DNA of 63,212 nt, the filler included, from Choristocarpus tenellus KU-1152 (Eukaryota; Protista; Phaeophyceae), in NCBI GenBank assembly GCA_964200185.2. It is 11 parts of 11 records of this genome, joined end to end, with 100 filler letters (N's around TTAATTAATTAA, not from the genome) between each part and the next. Parts side by side here need not be neighbours in the genome. Positions count along the whole stretch, not along the records: positions 1 to 5,981 come from CAXNAD020009248.1; positions 6,082 to 14,252 come from CAXNAD020005052.1; 9 more parts are not named here. One strand, given 5' to 3'. Both the position numbers and the translations under genes were made by a program. Positions within the stretch are counted from its first letter, which is position 1. Every line of letters begins with the position of its first letter. Of this stretch, positions 1 through 12,000 are shown one piece after another. The notes under the pieces are model-generated. The model ran no database searches. It saw only the letters and a list, made by a program, of their open reading frames with translations, and was not told where the DNA came from.

Positions 1-661
1 GAGCCTCCATTCCCATCCTCGATCGCCTCCACCTCGTCCCCATGTAGGCCCATTTCATTCTCTGTTCATCCTTCTCTATTCTGCGAAATCGAGACCTGGG
101 TATCTATTCCTGGAGACTGGTTAATCTCTGAATTTATACCTGGTTCTTGCCCTTGCCTGTCTCGTGTGCCGTCGCCGCCTTCCTCCATCACCTCCACAAC
201 CCCATCCCCTCCTCCTTCAACATCGACGAGTGGTGAGGTTGTGTACATGTATCTACATTTCCGTTTGTCCAAGCAGCCTTCAAGTGCAAAATGCATTGAG
301 TGATCAGCATACTGAAACAGAAACGCCTCCATAGACTATTTCAGCACTCACTCCGAAGCATGACTTCACCTTCCAAGAACGTAAAAACGTGTGTCTCATA
401 ACCCTTCAGGGACACAACAGAGCAGCTCTTTAATGATTCCACTGGAGAATCTTCTGTGAGAATGAATCCATGGAATCTCTTCCAGAAACCAGTTCTACAG
501 ATATGGTACTGCTCTTCATTCAGAGTTGTCAAACATGAAAGATTCACTTCGTGCTCGTATCTTGACTTTTCTGATGATCTCCTCTCTCACTCTTAGTCAC
601 ATTTCATACCACCAGCTATACTGAAACCCTATATTAGAATGTTCAACTCCACCGTCTACAC

Positions 662-960
662 CCATTATAATATTATAAATTTTGCCTTCTGATATCTTAC
701 AGATGTGTCAGAGGAAAAAACAATGAAAACTATTCACATGTAAGAAAAATCCCTAAAGAAGTAACAGTTGTCATAAATGTGAAAAGCATTAATCTCTTAA
801 CTATTTTACTAACAGCTATAGTGTACCACTGCCTTCCTGTGCCTCCAACCTAGCTATTCCTGCACACCAGGGTGAAGGGGTAGGGAAGCATGCCAAGAAT
901 CTAAGCCCCTCCTTGCCCATCTCCCTGGTGACTCCAGCATAAAACGCATGACATGTCTAC
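662..960 (-). repeat. ~300-bp dispersed repeat, copy 1 (inverted relative to copies 2 and 3)
   Basis: Reverse complement of 1631-1930, e.g. CCAGCATAAAACGCATGACA vs TGTCATGCGTTTTATGCTGG. Further copies at 2258-2480 and, partially, 25688-25743. Confidence 0.85.
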
Positions 961-1630
961 ACCTGTTATCATTACAGTATCCATATTCTTAAATCTCAAC
1001 TAAGGGAGGTCATCCTATAACCTATATCAAATACATGATGTAGAGCTTTTGTCATACTTACACATATATAGTTCCAGATGCGCAACTAGGAGACTTTCTC
1101 CACGTGCACTTGCTGTGTGTTCACTTGGCAAGAATAGACCAAAAGAGAACCAATAATACAACAAGATTAACCAAACAAGGGAAATCCCACCCCTTGTGTG
1201 AGGCACTTAAAGCTAGCATATGCAGGTTTCTCCATAACTGCAGCAACTCTCTCATTTACCATACGTGCTTCCATACATTTCTAAAACTACCGTTTGTATG
1301 TTGTGTAAATATTTTTATTTCGTGGGTGTATCATCTGGGTTTCAATATGTATATATCGCCCAACACAAACTGAAAGAATGGGTATCCCTTGCACTATTGA
1401 GGATGGTAGTCAATTTACAGTGGGCAGAATTTCCGCATGGATCTGGTCTTTCATGCTGGGGCACTAGCGAACGCCAGATCAGCCCCTACCGGAACAAAGG
1501 TCTCCTAGGCGTTAATTTTCCAGAAGTGCAGGCAGCATTTCATCTTCCACACATCAACCAACAATGGTGTAGCTGCTGCTGCAGCTGAGGCGCGAAAGCG
1601 CACCCACTACGAGGGATCTTTTGACCCTAT

Positions 1631-1930
1631 CTAAACGTGTCATGCGTTTTATGCTGGAGACGCCAGGGAGATGGGCAAGAAGGAGGGACTTGTTATATTC
1701 TTGGGATGCTTCCCTAGCTCCTCACTCTGGGGTGCAGGATTAAGTAGGTTGGACGCACAGGAAGGCAGTGGTGCAGCAGCATAGCTGGTAGTAAATAGTA
1801 AATAGATTGATGGTTTTCACATTTACTACTGTTGTTAATTCCTTAGGTGTTTTCTGACATGTGAATAGTTTTCATTGATTTTTCCTCTGATACATCTGCA
1901 AAATGTCACAGGGCATAATTAAAAATATAC
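1631..1930 (+). repeat. ~300-bp dispersed repeat, copy 2
   Basis: Inverted partner of 662-960; direct partner of 2258-2480. Confidence 0.85.
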
Positions 1931-2257
1931 ATTTATAGATGTGGAAGGCAGGCTTTCTGTTGTTATACCGTTATACCGATTGAGGTTCCTTGTCAGGAAT
2001 CCCAAATTCCAGTGGAGGATCTTCCGTGGGAATGAATCCATGGAATCTCTTCGTCCGCCTGGTTGTCTTGCCCGGTGATTCTCTTTACCACCTTTGCCTG
2101 AGTGAACCACGCCAGCACAAAATCACACGATTTATATAGTGGTTTATTGATTGTCAAAATCTTGGTAGTACATCAGAAAAATAATTGTTCCAGGGCGAGA
2201 AGTTCAAAGTTTGAGATTAATATGAAGATTCATCATTACTAGAATAGGTATGTAAAA

Positions 2258-2480
2258 AACCTCCTTACTCTGGGGTGCAGGAATAGCTAGGTTGGAGACA
2301 CAGCAATGCAGTGGTACAGCATAGCTGGCAGTAAAATAGCAAATAGATAGATGTTTTTCACATTTATGACAACGTTTACTTTTTTAGGGATTTTTCTGAC
2401 ATGTAAATAGTTTCCATTGATGTTTTTCCCCTGACACATCTCCAAAATGTGAGAAAGCATAATAATAAAGTATGTATGTA
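2258..2480 (+). repeat. Dispersed repeat, copy 3 (5'-truncated)
   Basis: CTCTGGGGTGCAGGA...CTGACATGTAAATAGTTT is colinear with 1717-1925. Confidence 0.8.
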
Positions 2481-4004
2481 AAAAGTAGCTATCGATTTTC
2501 TTTTTTTGTTTTTTTTAGCGCACTACTGGATGATACTCTTACGGGATGTGAACTCCAGTGTGGCATGTTCATGCTACTGTCACAAATTGTGAAGAGCTGG
2601 ATGGAAAGGTCATTTTGATACAATACAATACTCTCTAGATGGTAGGGTATGCTAGAGGGATTAGCACCCACGGTCACTGTGGTATGGCAGGGGGAATTGC
2701 AACGGTTGTGCATGGTTTTTCAATATCTCCATAGTTGCCAACGGTTTATCGAATATTTCTGACGGTAGGGCTATGCTATAGATCAATCGCCGACATTTTC
2801 CCCAACCGTATCTGTAATCATGAAACAAAGGTGACTATATTTTACTGCGGTTGCAACAATCATGTAGGGCCCTGGGTTTTGTGATACTGGTGAAGACCCT
2901 TCTTTATTTGGGGGTGTCCCTGCTCCCTTATGACCTCCCAACTTGCACATCCTTGATCCCTGCACCTTACCTCACATCGCAATGCCGCAATTGCTTCTTT
3001 GCATTTTTCCAACAGTATGCCACCTGTCTGTCAAGAACTTACACACACCCAGACGAAACATGTTTCAACGATGCTGTTGACCGATAATCCTGTCATTCTC
3101 AACTTTCAACAGTGCTGTGACATGGATAATAAGGCAGGGGGAGCTGAACGAGGGGTGAATGAGGAGGGCAAAATTCGCCTGGGAGGAGCCAACATGTTCC
3201 TGCAGTCCAAGGAGGAGAAGAACAAGGTGTTTGTGTGCGTGGATAACTTTGTTGGGGGGAAAAGAGGTAAATGAGTGAGCAGAACAATATAAGTTCTGTA
3301 CAGTTGATTGATGATTGATCGCATTTTAGTGAGGACTATGCGGTGATGTAATTATTCTTAGTAAAATAGTTCAAATATGATGCTCATTGATGTGTGTTTC
3401 CTGGATGACTAATATGCTCTCTTTGCTTATGATATTGATTAAGGAATGGTCCCGTAGACAATAATACTTCGAAATAATAAAGACACAGAACGAGTGCCTA
3501 CCTACAAATTCGCTCTTTTCTTTTTACTATCCATCACATATTTTGCTAAGGGAACCATCATACGAGGCTCGTTTTTACTGGCGATATGTCTTATTAGAGG
3601 TTTCATAAACGCCAATTATGACCTTGAAGTCCTAGATTATATATAGTTGTACTTCTTGACTATGTATTTATTAGTCATTATGAGGCCACACACTAAGGAC
3701 GAATGGCTGTGTTCAGCCCTATTTTTATACCCCAATGACAACTTCACAGTGAATAATCGAAGTGAGAGATCTAGCCTATTTGACAACGTATCCTTTTAGC
3801 CCCTTCTCTACAAGCTTCATTGTCCACATCCAGCCTCGTGGATTAGAGCTACGTAGTCCCATCATGGCAAGCTTGGGCTGAAAGTACCTGGGAGGGAGTA
3901 GCGGTTGTCCATTTACAGTCGTCTCAGAGCTCCACTGCAAGGTATGCAAGGAGTGCAAGTCCAAGGCTCTCAGTTGCGCACGGGGAGGCCGCAGTCCAAA
4001 GACA

Positions 4005-4469
4005 GTGGGGGAGGTGGTGCACACAGACATGGAGGGACCCTTTGACCCGGACGGGACGGGCATGAAATATTTTCAGGTGTTTGCGGACGAGGCTAGCATG
4101 GAGAAGCGTGTGATAGGTCCGCGTACCAAGGACACTGCGACAGTGACCACTGCTGCCTACATAGACGAGATAGCTCGAGAAGGGGTGGTGGTGAGATGCA
4201 TCAGTGGGGATGGCGCTGGCGAGTTCGGGAGGAGTGTACAATTCCAGTGCATGCTGACAGAGCGGGGGGTGAAATGGCGCAAGACACCCCCACGCATGCC
4301 CCAGAGCAACGGGATTGCAGAGCGGGCAATTAAGCAGGTGATCCAGGTGGCACGCAGCCTGCTGATACAGGCTAGACTGGGGGAGGAGTTCTGTTTTCTT
4401 GCAGTGGCAGACGCCACATTCAAGACCACAGGAATGCCGCACGAGCACCTAGGAGGCGAGACACCTTAG
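4005..4469 (+). pseudogene. Copia integrase core (rve) fragment
   Basis: D..D..E triad in HTDMEGP / SGDGAGEF / NGIAER. Ends at a premature TAG followed by the copia post-integrase SH3-like segment. Confidence 0.9.
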
Positions 4470-5135
4470 GAGCGCCTGAACAACAAACCTTTCAACTACG
4501 AGCAACTCCGTATGTTCGGGACGGAGTACTTTGTGCACCAGACCAAGCAACAGCGCGGCGCTAATGCCAAGTTCCACCCATATGCGAAGCGAGGGATCCT
4601 CTTTGGACACGACAGAGCGTCACTGTGCTGGCACATGTGGATCCCACAGAAGGGTAGCTGGTGACCTCAGCATAGGTGACTTTCCAGCCTGAAGCCGAAC
4701 TGCTGGAGCTAGTGGGGGAGCCAGAGCTGGATATACTGGAGGAGTCGGGGCTGGATGACGACATGAAAGATGAAGAAGAGGCTTCCACAACAGGGAGTGA
4801 GACTGGGAGTGAGAGCCAAAATATTGAGCGTGGGGCTCAAGATGCAAATCGCCAGAGTAAAGAAATAGGGCATCCCTACTGGAGAAGTACGAGGGGCGGG
4901 ACCTAGGTACGTCAGACAAGCTGGTTAGGGTGGGCATCACCGTGGGTGAGGATAACATCACCCTGGACCAACAGATGTACGCTAAAAGCATTGTCATGGC
5001 CGGGATGGGCTCCATAGAAGTACGAGAGACATCTACACCACTGGACCCTGGGATGGACCTCTCTGCCAAACAAGACCACGAAGAGGAACTAAATCCTACT
5101 ATATAGCCCTATACACCCGTATCCTTGGCCAACTC

Positions 5136-5864
5136 ATGTTTCTCGTAGGCATGACTCGACCAGACGTGGATAACAGCATTCGTGAACTGGGGCGCAGGGC
5201 GGCATCTCCATGCATGCGACACTGGCGCGGACTGCAACACGTTCTGCGCTACTTAGCAGGGACATTGGATGTCTGCATTCACTATGATCGAGGGGACCAA
5301 GATATGAACGAGAGGGATGAAGAATTCCTGGTGGCGTATGGGGATTCTGACTGGGGCACTGACTCACAAACATGCAGAAGTGTTACAGGGTACATATTAT
5401 TAATCAACGGTTCGCCGATGATTGCCAGGCGCTCCAAGCTTCAAGGCGCGGTCACCCTCTCCAGCTCGGAGGCAGAGTGGACAGCAATGGCATATGGCAT
5501 GCGCCACTGCATTTTCATCCGAGGCATTCTGGAGGAGATCGGTATACTACAGGACCAGACTCCCTGGTTCTGTGATAATCATTGTGCTATTCAGGCAGAC
5601 AGCATCACAGGTTTCAATGGTAGAACAAAGCATATGGACATGAAGTTAAAGTTTACAAGAAAGTATGTAGATCAAGGCATATTTCAAATTGAATATATTC
5701 CAACACGCAAGCAATTGGCTGACGTATTATTAACCAAGTCTTTACGTAAGAATCATATCTCTGATTTTGTGCATTCCGTGCTTTCACGTCGAGAGGGAGC
5801 TTTAGTCAGCAACTTTGCTGCACGCTCATGGGGGAGTGTGCAATATAGGCTAGGTAGTCTATAG
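5136..5864 (+). pseudogene. Copia RT C-terminus / RNase H fragment
   Basis: TRPDV, LRYLAGT, YGDSDWG, SSSEAEW, CDN, RTKHMD and QLADVLLTK motifs. Confidence 0.92.
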
Positions 5865-5981
5865 GGCCTTATGTGTTTAGTGACCAGTTTTATGTTACAA
5901 AGGTATTGCCTGAAGGGTCAAAGTATCCGTGGGGGGGGGTGTCGGCGTCCGTTTTTCACCCTTTTTTCGATTTTCACGTTT

Positions 5982-6081
5982 NNNNNNNNNNNNNNNNNNN
6001 NNNNNNNNNNNNNNNNNNNNNNNNNTTAATTAATTAANNNNNNNNNNNNNNNNNNNNNNNNNNNNNNNNNNNNNNNNNNNN
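5982..6081. other. Artificial contig spacer (first of ten)
   Basis: 44N-TTAATTAATTAA-44N, which has stops in all six frames. Repeated at 14253-14352, 26010-26109, 30438-30537, 35061-35160, 44038-44137, 47153-47252, 53461-53560, 56251-56350 and 60465-60564. Confidence 0.97.
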
Positions 6082-9000
6082 GTGGCCTTTGGGAATGGGC
6101 TCAGTCCTGATGTGTGGAATAAATTCAAAGAAAGGTGTGCCAAATGAGGTGTATATTGATTGCCCCCCCCCCCAATAGCAAGAGGGTGAAAGGGCAAGAA
6201 TAGAAGGAGTCAAAAGTATTCCTATTGAGTGCTTATTGTTCCTTGCTGCTCTGTCTTTGGTTTATTGTTTTGTTTTGATGCAGTTTTTCCACGAGCAGGT
6301 TATAGACTTCCCACCACCTGAGACCCCACAAATGTGTGAGGGTAAGGTCCACTCCCTGTAGATGTGTGGTGTTGCTATAAACTAATATATCTGGATTGTG
6401 CTGTACATGCTTAACATTTCAAATGTACACTATTTCAACAATCCAAGCCAAGATCTGAAACCATCTTGTGTAGAATATGAACCCCCTCCACTGGGTAATA
6501 CAAAATAGACTTGACAGATAAGCCCTTGTAGGGGGTGCACAAAATGTTACAGGTCGGCTTTGGTAGTAGTAGGGGATAACCTTCCGCTGTGACATTTGAT
6601 TCCGGCATTTTCCCTCCTGGGTGTACATGCCGTCTATGGCATAAGGCAGTAATGAGAATGGTGTGTAACTCCATCCTCTTACTGGAGATTATTCTGTAAA
6701 TGCTGAGTCTTCTCTTCTTTAGCTCCCTGCGGTCAAAGTCCATTCAAAGATAAGTATCTAGAGGAAATAAGTGTTCCACAATATACACTATGGTATGTGT
6801 GTCCCACACTCCAAATATTACACAAGATGGTACTTGCAAGACAAGAGAGGTGAGTGATGCGAAGTCTTCTTTTACTGTTTGTTAGGAAGGAAAAAGGAAT
6901 GTGAATATTTTTTTAAGGTGGCAGATCAGTACCGTCTATAGACCAATACACCTATTGTCCACATCACGTTGCTCTCCAGAAAGTTACAACATTACTACCA
7001 TCTATGTAATTGCCGCCCTCATGTCTAGCTATCTACTGTAGCCATCACATACATCATAAAATTATTTCATTTACTATTTCACATCAACAGTCCACAGCCC
7101 TAAGTCACAGGATGTCGTAATCTTAGGAGTGTAGGAACCTATTCACCTTGACGGTAAGCAAGTCAATCTGTGCACTGCCTGGATGATATGTGCACCTATC
7201 AATGAAATCTAATGTGTTGCTTTCCGGATGACACGGTGGATCAAACAACAGTAACGTGTTGAAAAATCAAATTGAGAAAGGCAGGACAACAAGAATGAAA
7301 AAAGTGGGAAAAAGTGTAGAACCTATATTCATAATTTAACATAGAGGATCACTGAATGCTCTCCTGACATGGCAAAATTCACTCTTAGCTTCAGATGTCC
7401 CAGGCAAGGTGTATCCCCTGGAATCCAGACTCCAAAGAACACCTCCCAAAGAAATGACTACTACAAGAAACCTGCCCCCGCTGCCCCCTGCCCTCCCCCT
7501 TTCCTCTCCAGCCCTTCCTTAACAGCCTGTTGGAGGGATCCAAAGATACCACCTGCCATGGCAACAGCTCTCTGAGACATGGCCCCAAGATGGTGAATGG
7601 GTACAGCCCCACTCCCTTCCTTGTGGGAACCGGACAGGCGGCCAAGTCTATCGACAAAAACCCCCACTGACGCCTCCACACATGCTTCCTCTTCCAGGCT
7701 TGCATCAACAATGAAGTGTGACCCAATCTATAGGGGTGGTCAAGTGAGGGTGACATGCCATAGACAACAAAGTATAACATGCAGTTAGTTCATTGTGAAA
7801 ATGGTAAAGGGTAATGCAGGTTCTAAACAATTAACATGCAGCTGGGACTCTTAAGGAGAGAAGGGTCTTATTAGATATTATAAAGGCATCTATGAGGTGA
7901 GACAAGGTTAAGATAAGAGTTCCGCATTGTGCTTGAGAGTGTGTTTGGGGAGGAGAGAGGGGGGATAAAGGGAACCGCACGCACGGCATAGATTTTTACA
8001 AAACAAATCGCACACACAAAAGAGTACCCACACGCCACACACACCTCTTGCCAAAGGCAAAACGATGTTGACAACGTGCAAGCGTGTCAGTGTGTATGGC
8101 GTGTGAGTAGCATTTCAGTGTACCCGAGAGGTGTCATAGCAAAACATGCTATGAATTTCAGAGGCGAACCCAGAAAATCAGTACGCCACTGTGTGAGCTG
8201 ACATTCTCGAGGAGAAGAGGCACGTCCTTGTTCTCTCCCCACTCGTGGTTCAACTTACCCGGGACATCGATATACACACTGGGACTTTGTCTGCCCCAGC
8301 AATCGGTATAGCCTCCCCCACATCTGCAGACACCTCAAAATCATCATAGACCCCTCCCTCCCCTAACAGTGGGGTTACCTGCCATCAACGCAGACACAAA
8401 GCAGAGATATGAGGGTCTGTGGGCACTTGTACAATATATATATATGCACTGTTGCAATCCCTGTTGGGCGAGGGGAGACTTAGGGGACAGTAAACGTTGT
8501 GCAATGTGTGACTCAAAAATGATTGACCAAAGTGATTCTGCATTGAAAGCAGAGTTGAGGTGTTAGGAGAAGGGGGTAGCGGCGGAAGAAGCGGCAGCGC
8601 AGGGTGCGAAAGATCACTCCAGCCTTTCTTATCCTGCCATCAGATACATTCAAGACTATTGGTATCATAAAGTAGCACAACTGAGCATGCAGCACTAGAG
8701 AGCGTTGTTGTGCTGGGTGGGTCGCTGAGTCCACTTCTTTCTAGTGAGGGTGTGCAGGAGGGATGTGTATAGTGTCACTTTTTTTCTTGTATGGCCAGCC
8801 CACATAGTACTGTTAGCAGTGCTGCAGAAGAGGGCACACCTAGAAAAAACACTGCTCCAAATCTGAGGGGAAACATACCTTGGGTATTGTGGCGGTGTTC
8901 AGGGCAACGTGACTGGCAAAAGATGCTGCATCTAGGAGGTTCCCATCGGCCTGTCAAAACCAGGAAGGTGCACAAGGTGAGGGAGGGGAGGCGCCTGGGG

Positions 9001-12000
9001 CAGTGATTTCTTACAAGCACTTATTCCCACACAGTTTTATCTGATGGGCGTTGTTTTTCTCTGACTGTAGCTCATCATGTGTGCTCGCATCAGCTCGTAG
9101 ATAATGGAGGACTAAACATTTGTTGTTGTACACAGAAAGTGAAAGCTAACTCATCAAACCCAAGGCAACATCCCAATTTTCGCAGACCTCAACTGTTCTG
9201 TGTACTGTCTGTCTCAAGAAAACATGTGACTAAGTCCACCCTACAAATATACTAAAGCTGTGGCCTCTCCCCATGAGTCTCCTGCCTCCTACCCCCCCAT
9301 CATATGAGCCTGCCAGGAGATCAGGAGTTGTGGAGACTTCCCTCGGCGTGAATTCACCTGCAGAATGAGAAGGTCCACATATATCACCCAGCAGAACTTT
9401 CCCGGAAGAATGCAAAGCGAATCCAGGTCAATTCCTAATCGGGACCGGGCAGAACCAAATCACCACAGTCAAGGAGGTAACGGGGTGTAGCGTAACAGAC
9501 TGATACATGGTGCAAGTACTCTGACATACCGAATACAACAATTTCCCTGCAGAATGGAGCAAGGTGTACCTCACTTGTTAGCAGTTTAGTCTGGGAAAGG
9601 AAATAGGCTGTACTACTGCAGGCACAGGGTACCCCCGCCTCAAACAACTCACAGGTAGAGGTACTGTAGACATTGTACAGTTGTATCCACTAGCTGTTCC
9701 CAAACATTATTATCAGAACTGTACTAGAGACTTGTGTCACCTACAAGGGGTGCAACCACATAAAATGGGATAAGAGTCAACAGTAGATGTTACAAGAGGA
9801 GGAAACATATTATATCGCACTCTTGCATAGACGGATAAGGAACAGCTCGAGGCTCGTATCATGGTATGGGTCGCAGTTAAAGACAAGAGTACTTCCTGGC
9901 TCAGGGCAACACTGCACTACTGTAGAGGAGCAACAGGGGGGGGATGGGAGGGAAGGGGGCATGAGCATTATGAGGGACAGTAAAAAGTCGAATTCTGAGA
10001 TGCTCAACAAGGGTATAAGCACAGAGATCATTTACCTCAGATTTTGATAGATCAAACACCATGCAGTTGGGAGAGGGGATTCCTAACAAGAAGTACAGGC
10101 AACTCACTGGAACATTTGGAGGTAGTTGAAGAATATCTCTTGATCCTATCATAATGGGATGTGTTGATCAATGCAGACAGTGAATTATAACAAGAAAAGA
10201 AGTGAGAAGGGTTGAATCTATTTAATGCTGGCCACTGTTTTTGTTCCCCTTTAATCAAGGGATTGTGCAGTTGCAGGTTTTGCTCTGGCCCAAGCAATTC
10301 ATTGTTGCAGAATAGAACTTTACAAGTGGCAACCACACACAAGGAACTCAAATTCTCACACCCTGAGATTTCAGCTTTAATGTGGACAGATTGTGTGCCC
10401 TAAGCACCTGTGCCGTAAACACTAGTCTCTTTGAAATGATCACACACCGCCCAATTTCTTTCCAACAGCAACACCCTTTTCACCTCTTGTCATGGGGACT
10501 TTCTGCAATAGTATCAGTTTTCGCACTCACATTGATTTATCACCTTAGGTTTATGTCATGACCAAGGTCAACTCTAACATATTCTAAATAGCTTTGAAAC
10601 CATCCGAATATCAATACAATAATATTATTAAATTCATATGCTTTATGAAACTACTTGTAGTCATTGTCCAGTGACAGTGCCTTACAGAAGCCACTGTGTC
10701 CAAACTATCATGCAAGGTGAACCTTCTACTACGTGGTCGACAGTGCAGATTTCCAAAAAAGAAAATGAGCCATTCTGTCCCCACCTCCCACTGATACTCC
10801 TTCCATTTCGAAATAATTTACTCGTCACTCACCCTCTGATCCACGCATACTTCGTTCAAGGCCCCCACTCAACATTGCATTGATGTCCCCAGAAGCCCTC
10901 TCATCAAACTTAGGGAAGAGACTGTTTGAGCACTCTACGCAAACTACAACTCGCCCACGGGAAGGGAAGCCCACTTCCGGTTCCCCCACCTCCACCTATT
11001 AGGCACGTGCCATAACGTAACGACAATGGTGTGGAGTGGGGGTTGATTGCGAGTGATTATACAAAACTTAGGGATAGAGTGAGTACCACGGCTTACTGAG
11101 GGACAAGCCCAATCTAGACTGGTTTGGTATGCGCACAGTTCACGTAAATTGAGTTCTTCCTGATCCAGCAAGCTCCCTTAGGGGCACCAATATTGAATGA
11201 GGGGTGGGGGGTGACTGCGCAGGGCTTGGGGTTGATGTACGCTGGAAGGGCAGCAGTGGAAGGAACGGTGAGCCTGTTAAGTATCAAGGGAGGAGTTGAT
11301 AGAGCTTCGTGTCATATACAAAGTAGAAGAGTAAGACATGGCACAAAATATAGACACAGAGGGAGGTCATAATTGGGAAAGATGGAGAAGAGGGATACCA
11401 CGAGAGATCTTTTTGATCCCTCTACTTTTCGACTCTGTAGCACGTAGCTATTAGCATCACCTTCACAGCAGCCAGGACATCAGTGCCGTTGTGTGCGATG
11501 GTGACTCTCGCCGATCCGTTGGACTGCACAACATTGCCGAGGTCGCGTATGGAGGGTGTGTAAGAAAGCTTGGATACACACCAATCTCCGCCTAACCTGG
11601 CACCAACTACAATGTAGAAGAGGTAAGAATTCTATAGGGATCGTTAAAAAAATCATTTTATCTAGGCACTATATGACCAGGTCGCAAGAAGACCCAGCAG
11701 AACGGGGACAGCTCTTAAATGCTGTTTACTGACCTGAGGAAGCACCCCAGCCTGAACGGCGACAGCACGGTAGTCTAATCTTCCTCGTCCATCTCCACGG
11801 ATACCCAGTTCGACTCCTAAAGTGACGTATTCTCTTTCTGATTTTGAGGTGTTCAACCCTGTCAAGGCAGAGCGCGACATATTTGCAACTCTCGAAGCAG
11901 GGCTTTCATGTCCTAGTGGTAACCACACTACAACAATAGAAATGAGACAGACATAGCACGCCTTCGAATATTGGTCCAACTCTGCTGGTATTAGATCCAA

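Larger units (their letters stand above)
3921..5914 (+). mobile_element. Degenerate Ty1/copia LTR retrotransposon (integrase, partial RT, RNase H, PPT, start of 3' LTR)
   Basis: CKVCKECK zinc-finger remnant, then integrase VHTDMEGP...FADEAS...ISGDGAGEF...PQSNGIAER (4005-4469). RT C-terminal part from ~4855 (YEGRDLG...LDQQMY...MTRPDV). RNase H AYGDSDWG...RSVTGY...LSSSEAEW (to ~5790). PPT GGGGGAG 5830-36, LTR TG at 5837. INT-RT-RH order is copia. Stops and frameshifts are present. Confidence 0.95.
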
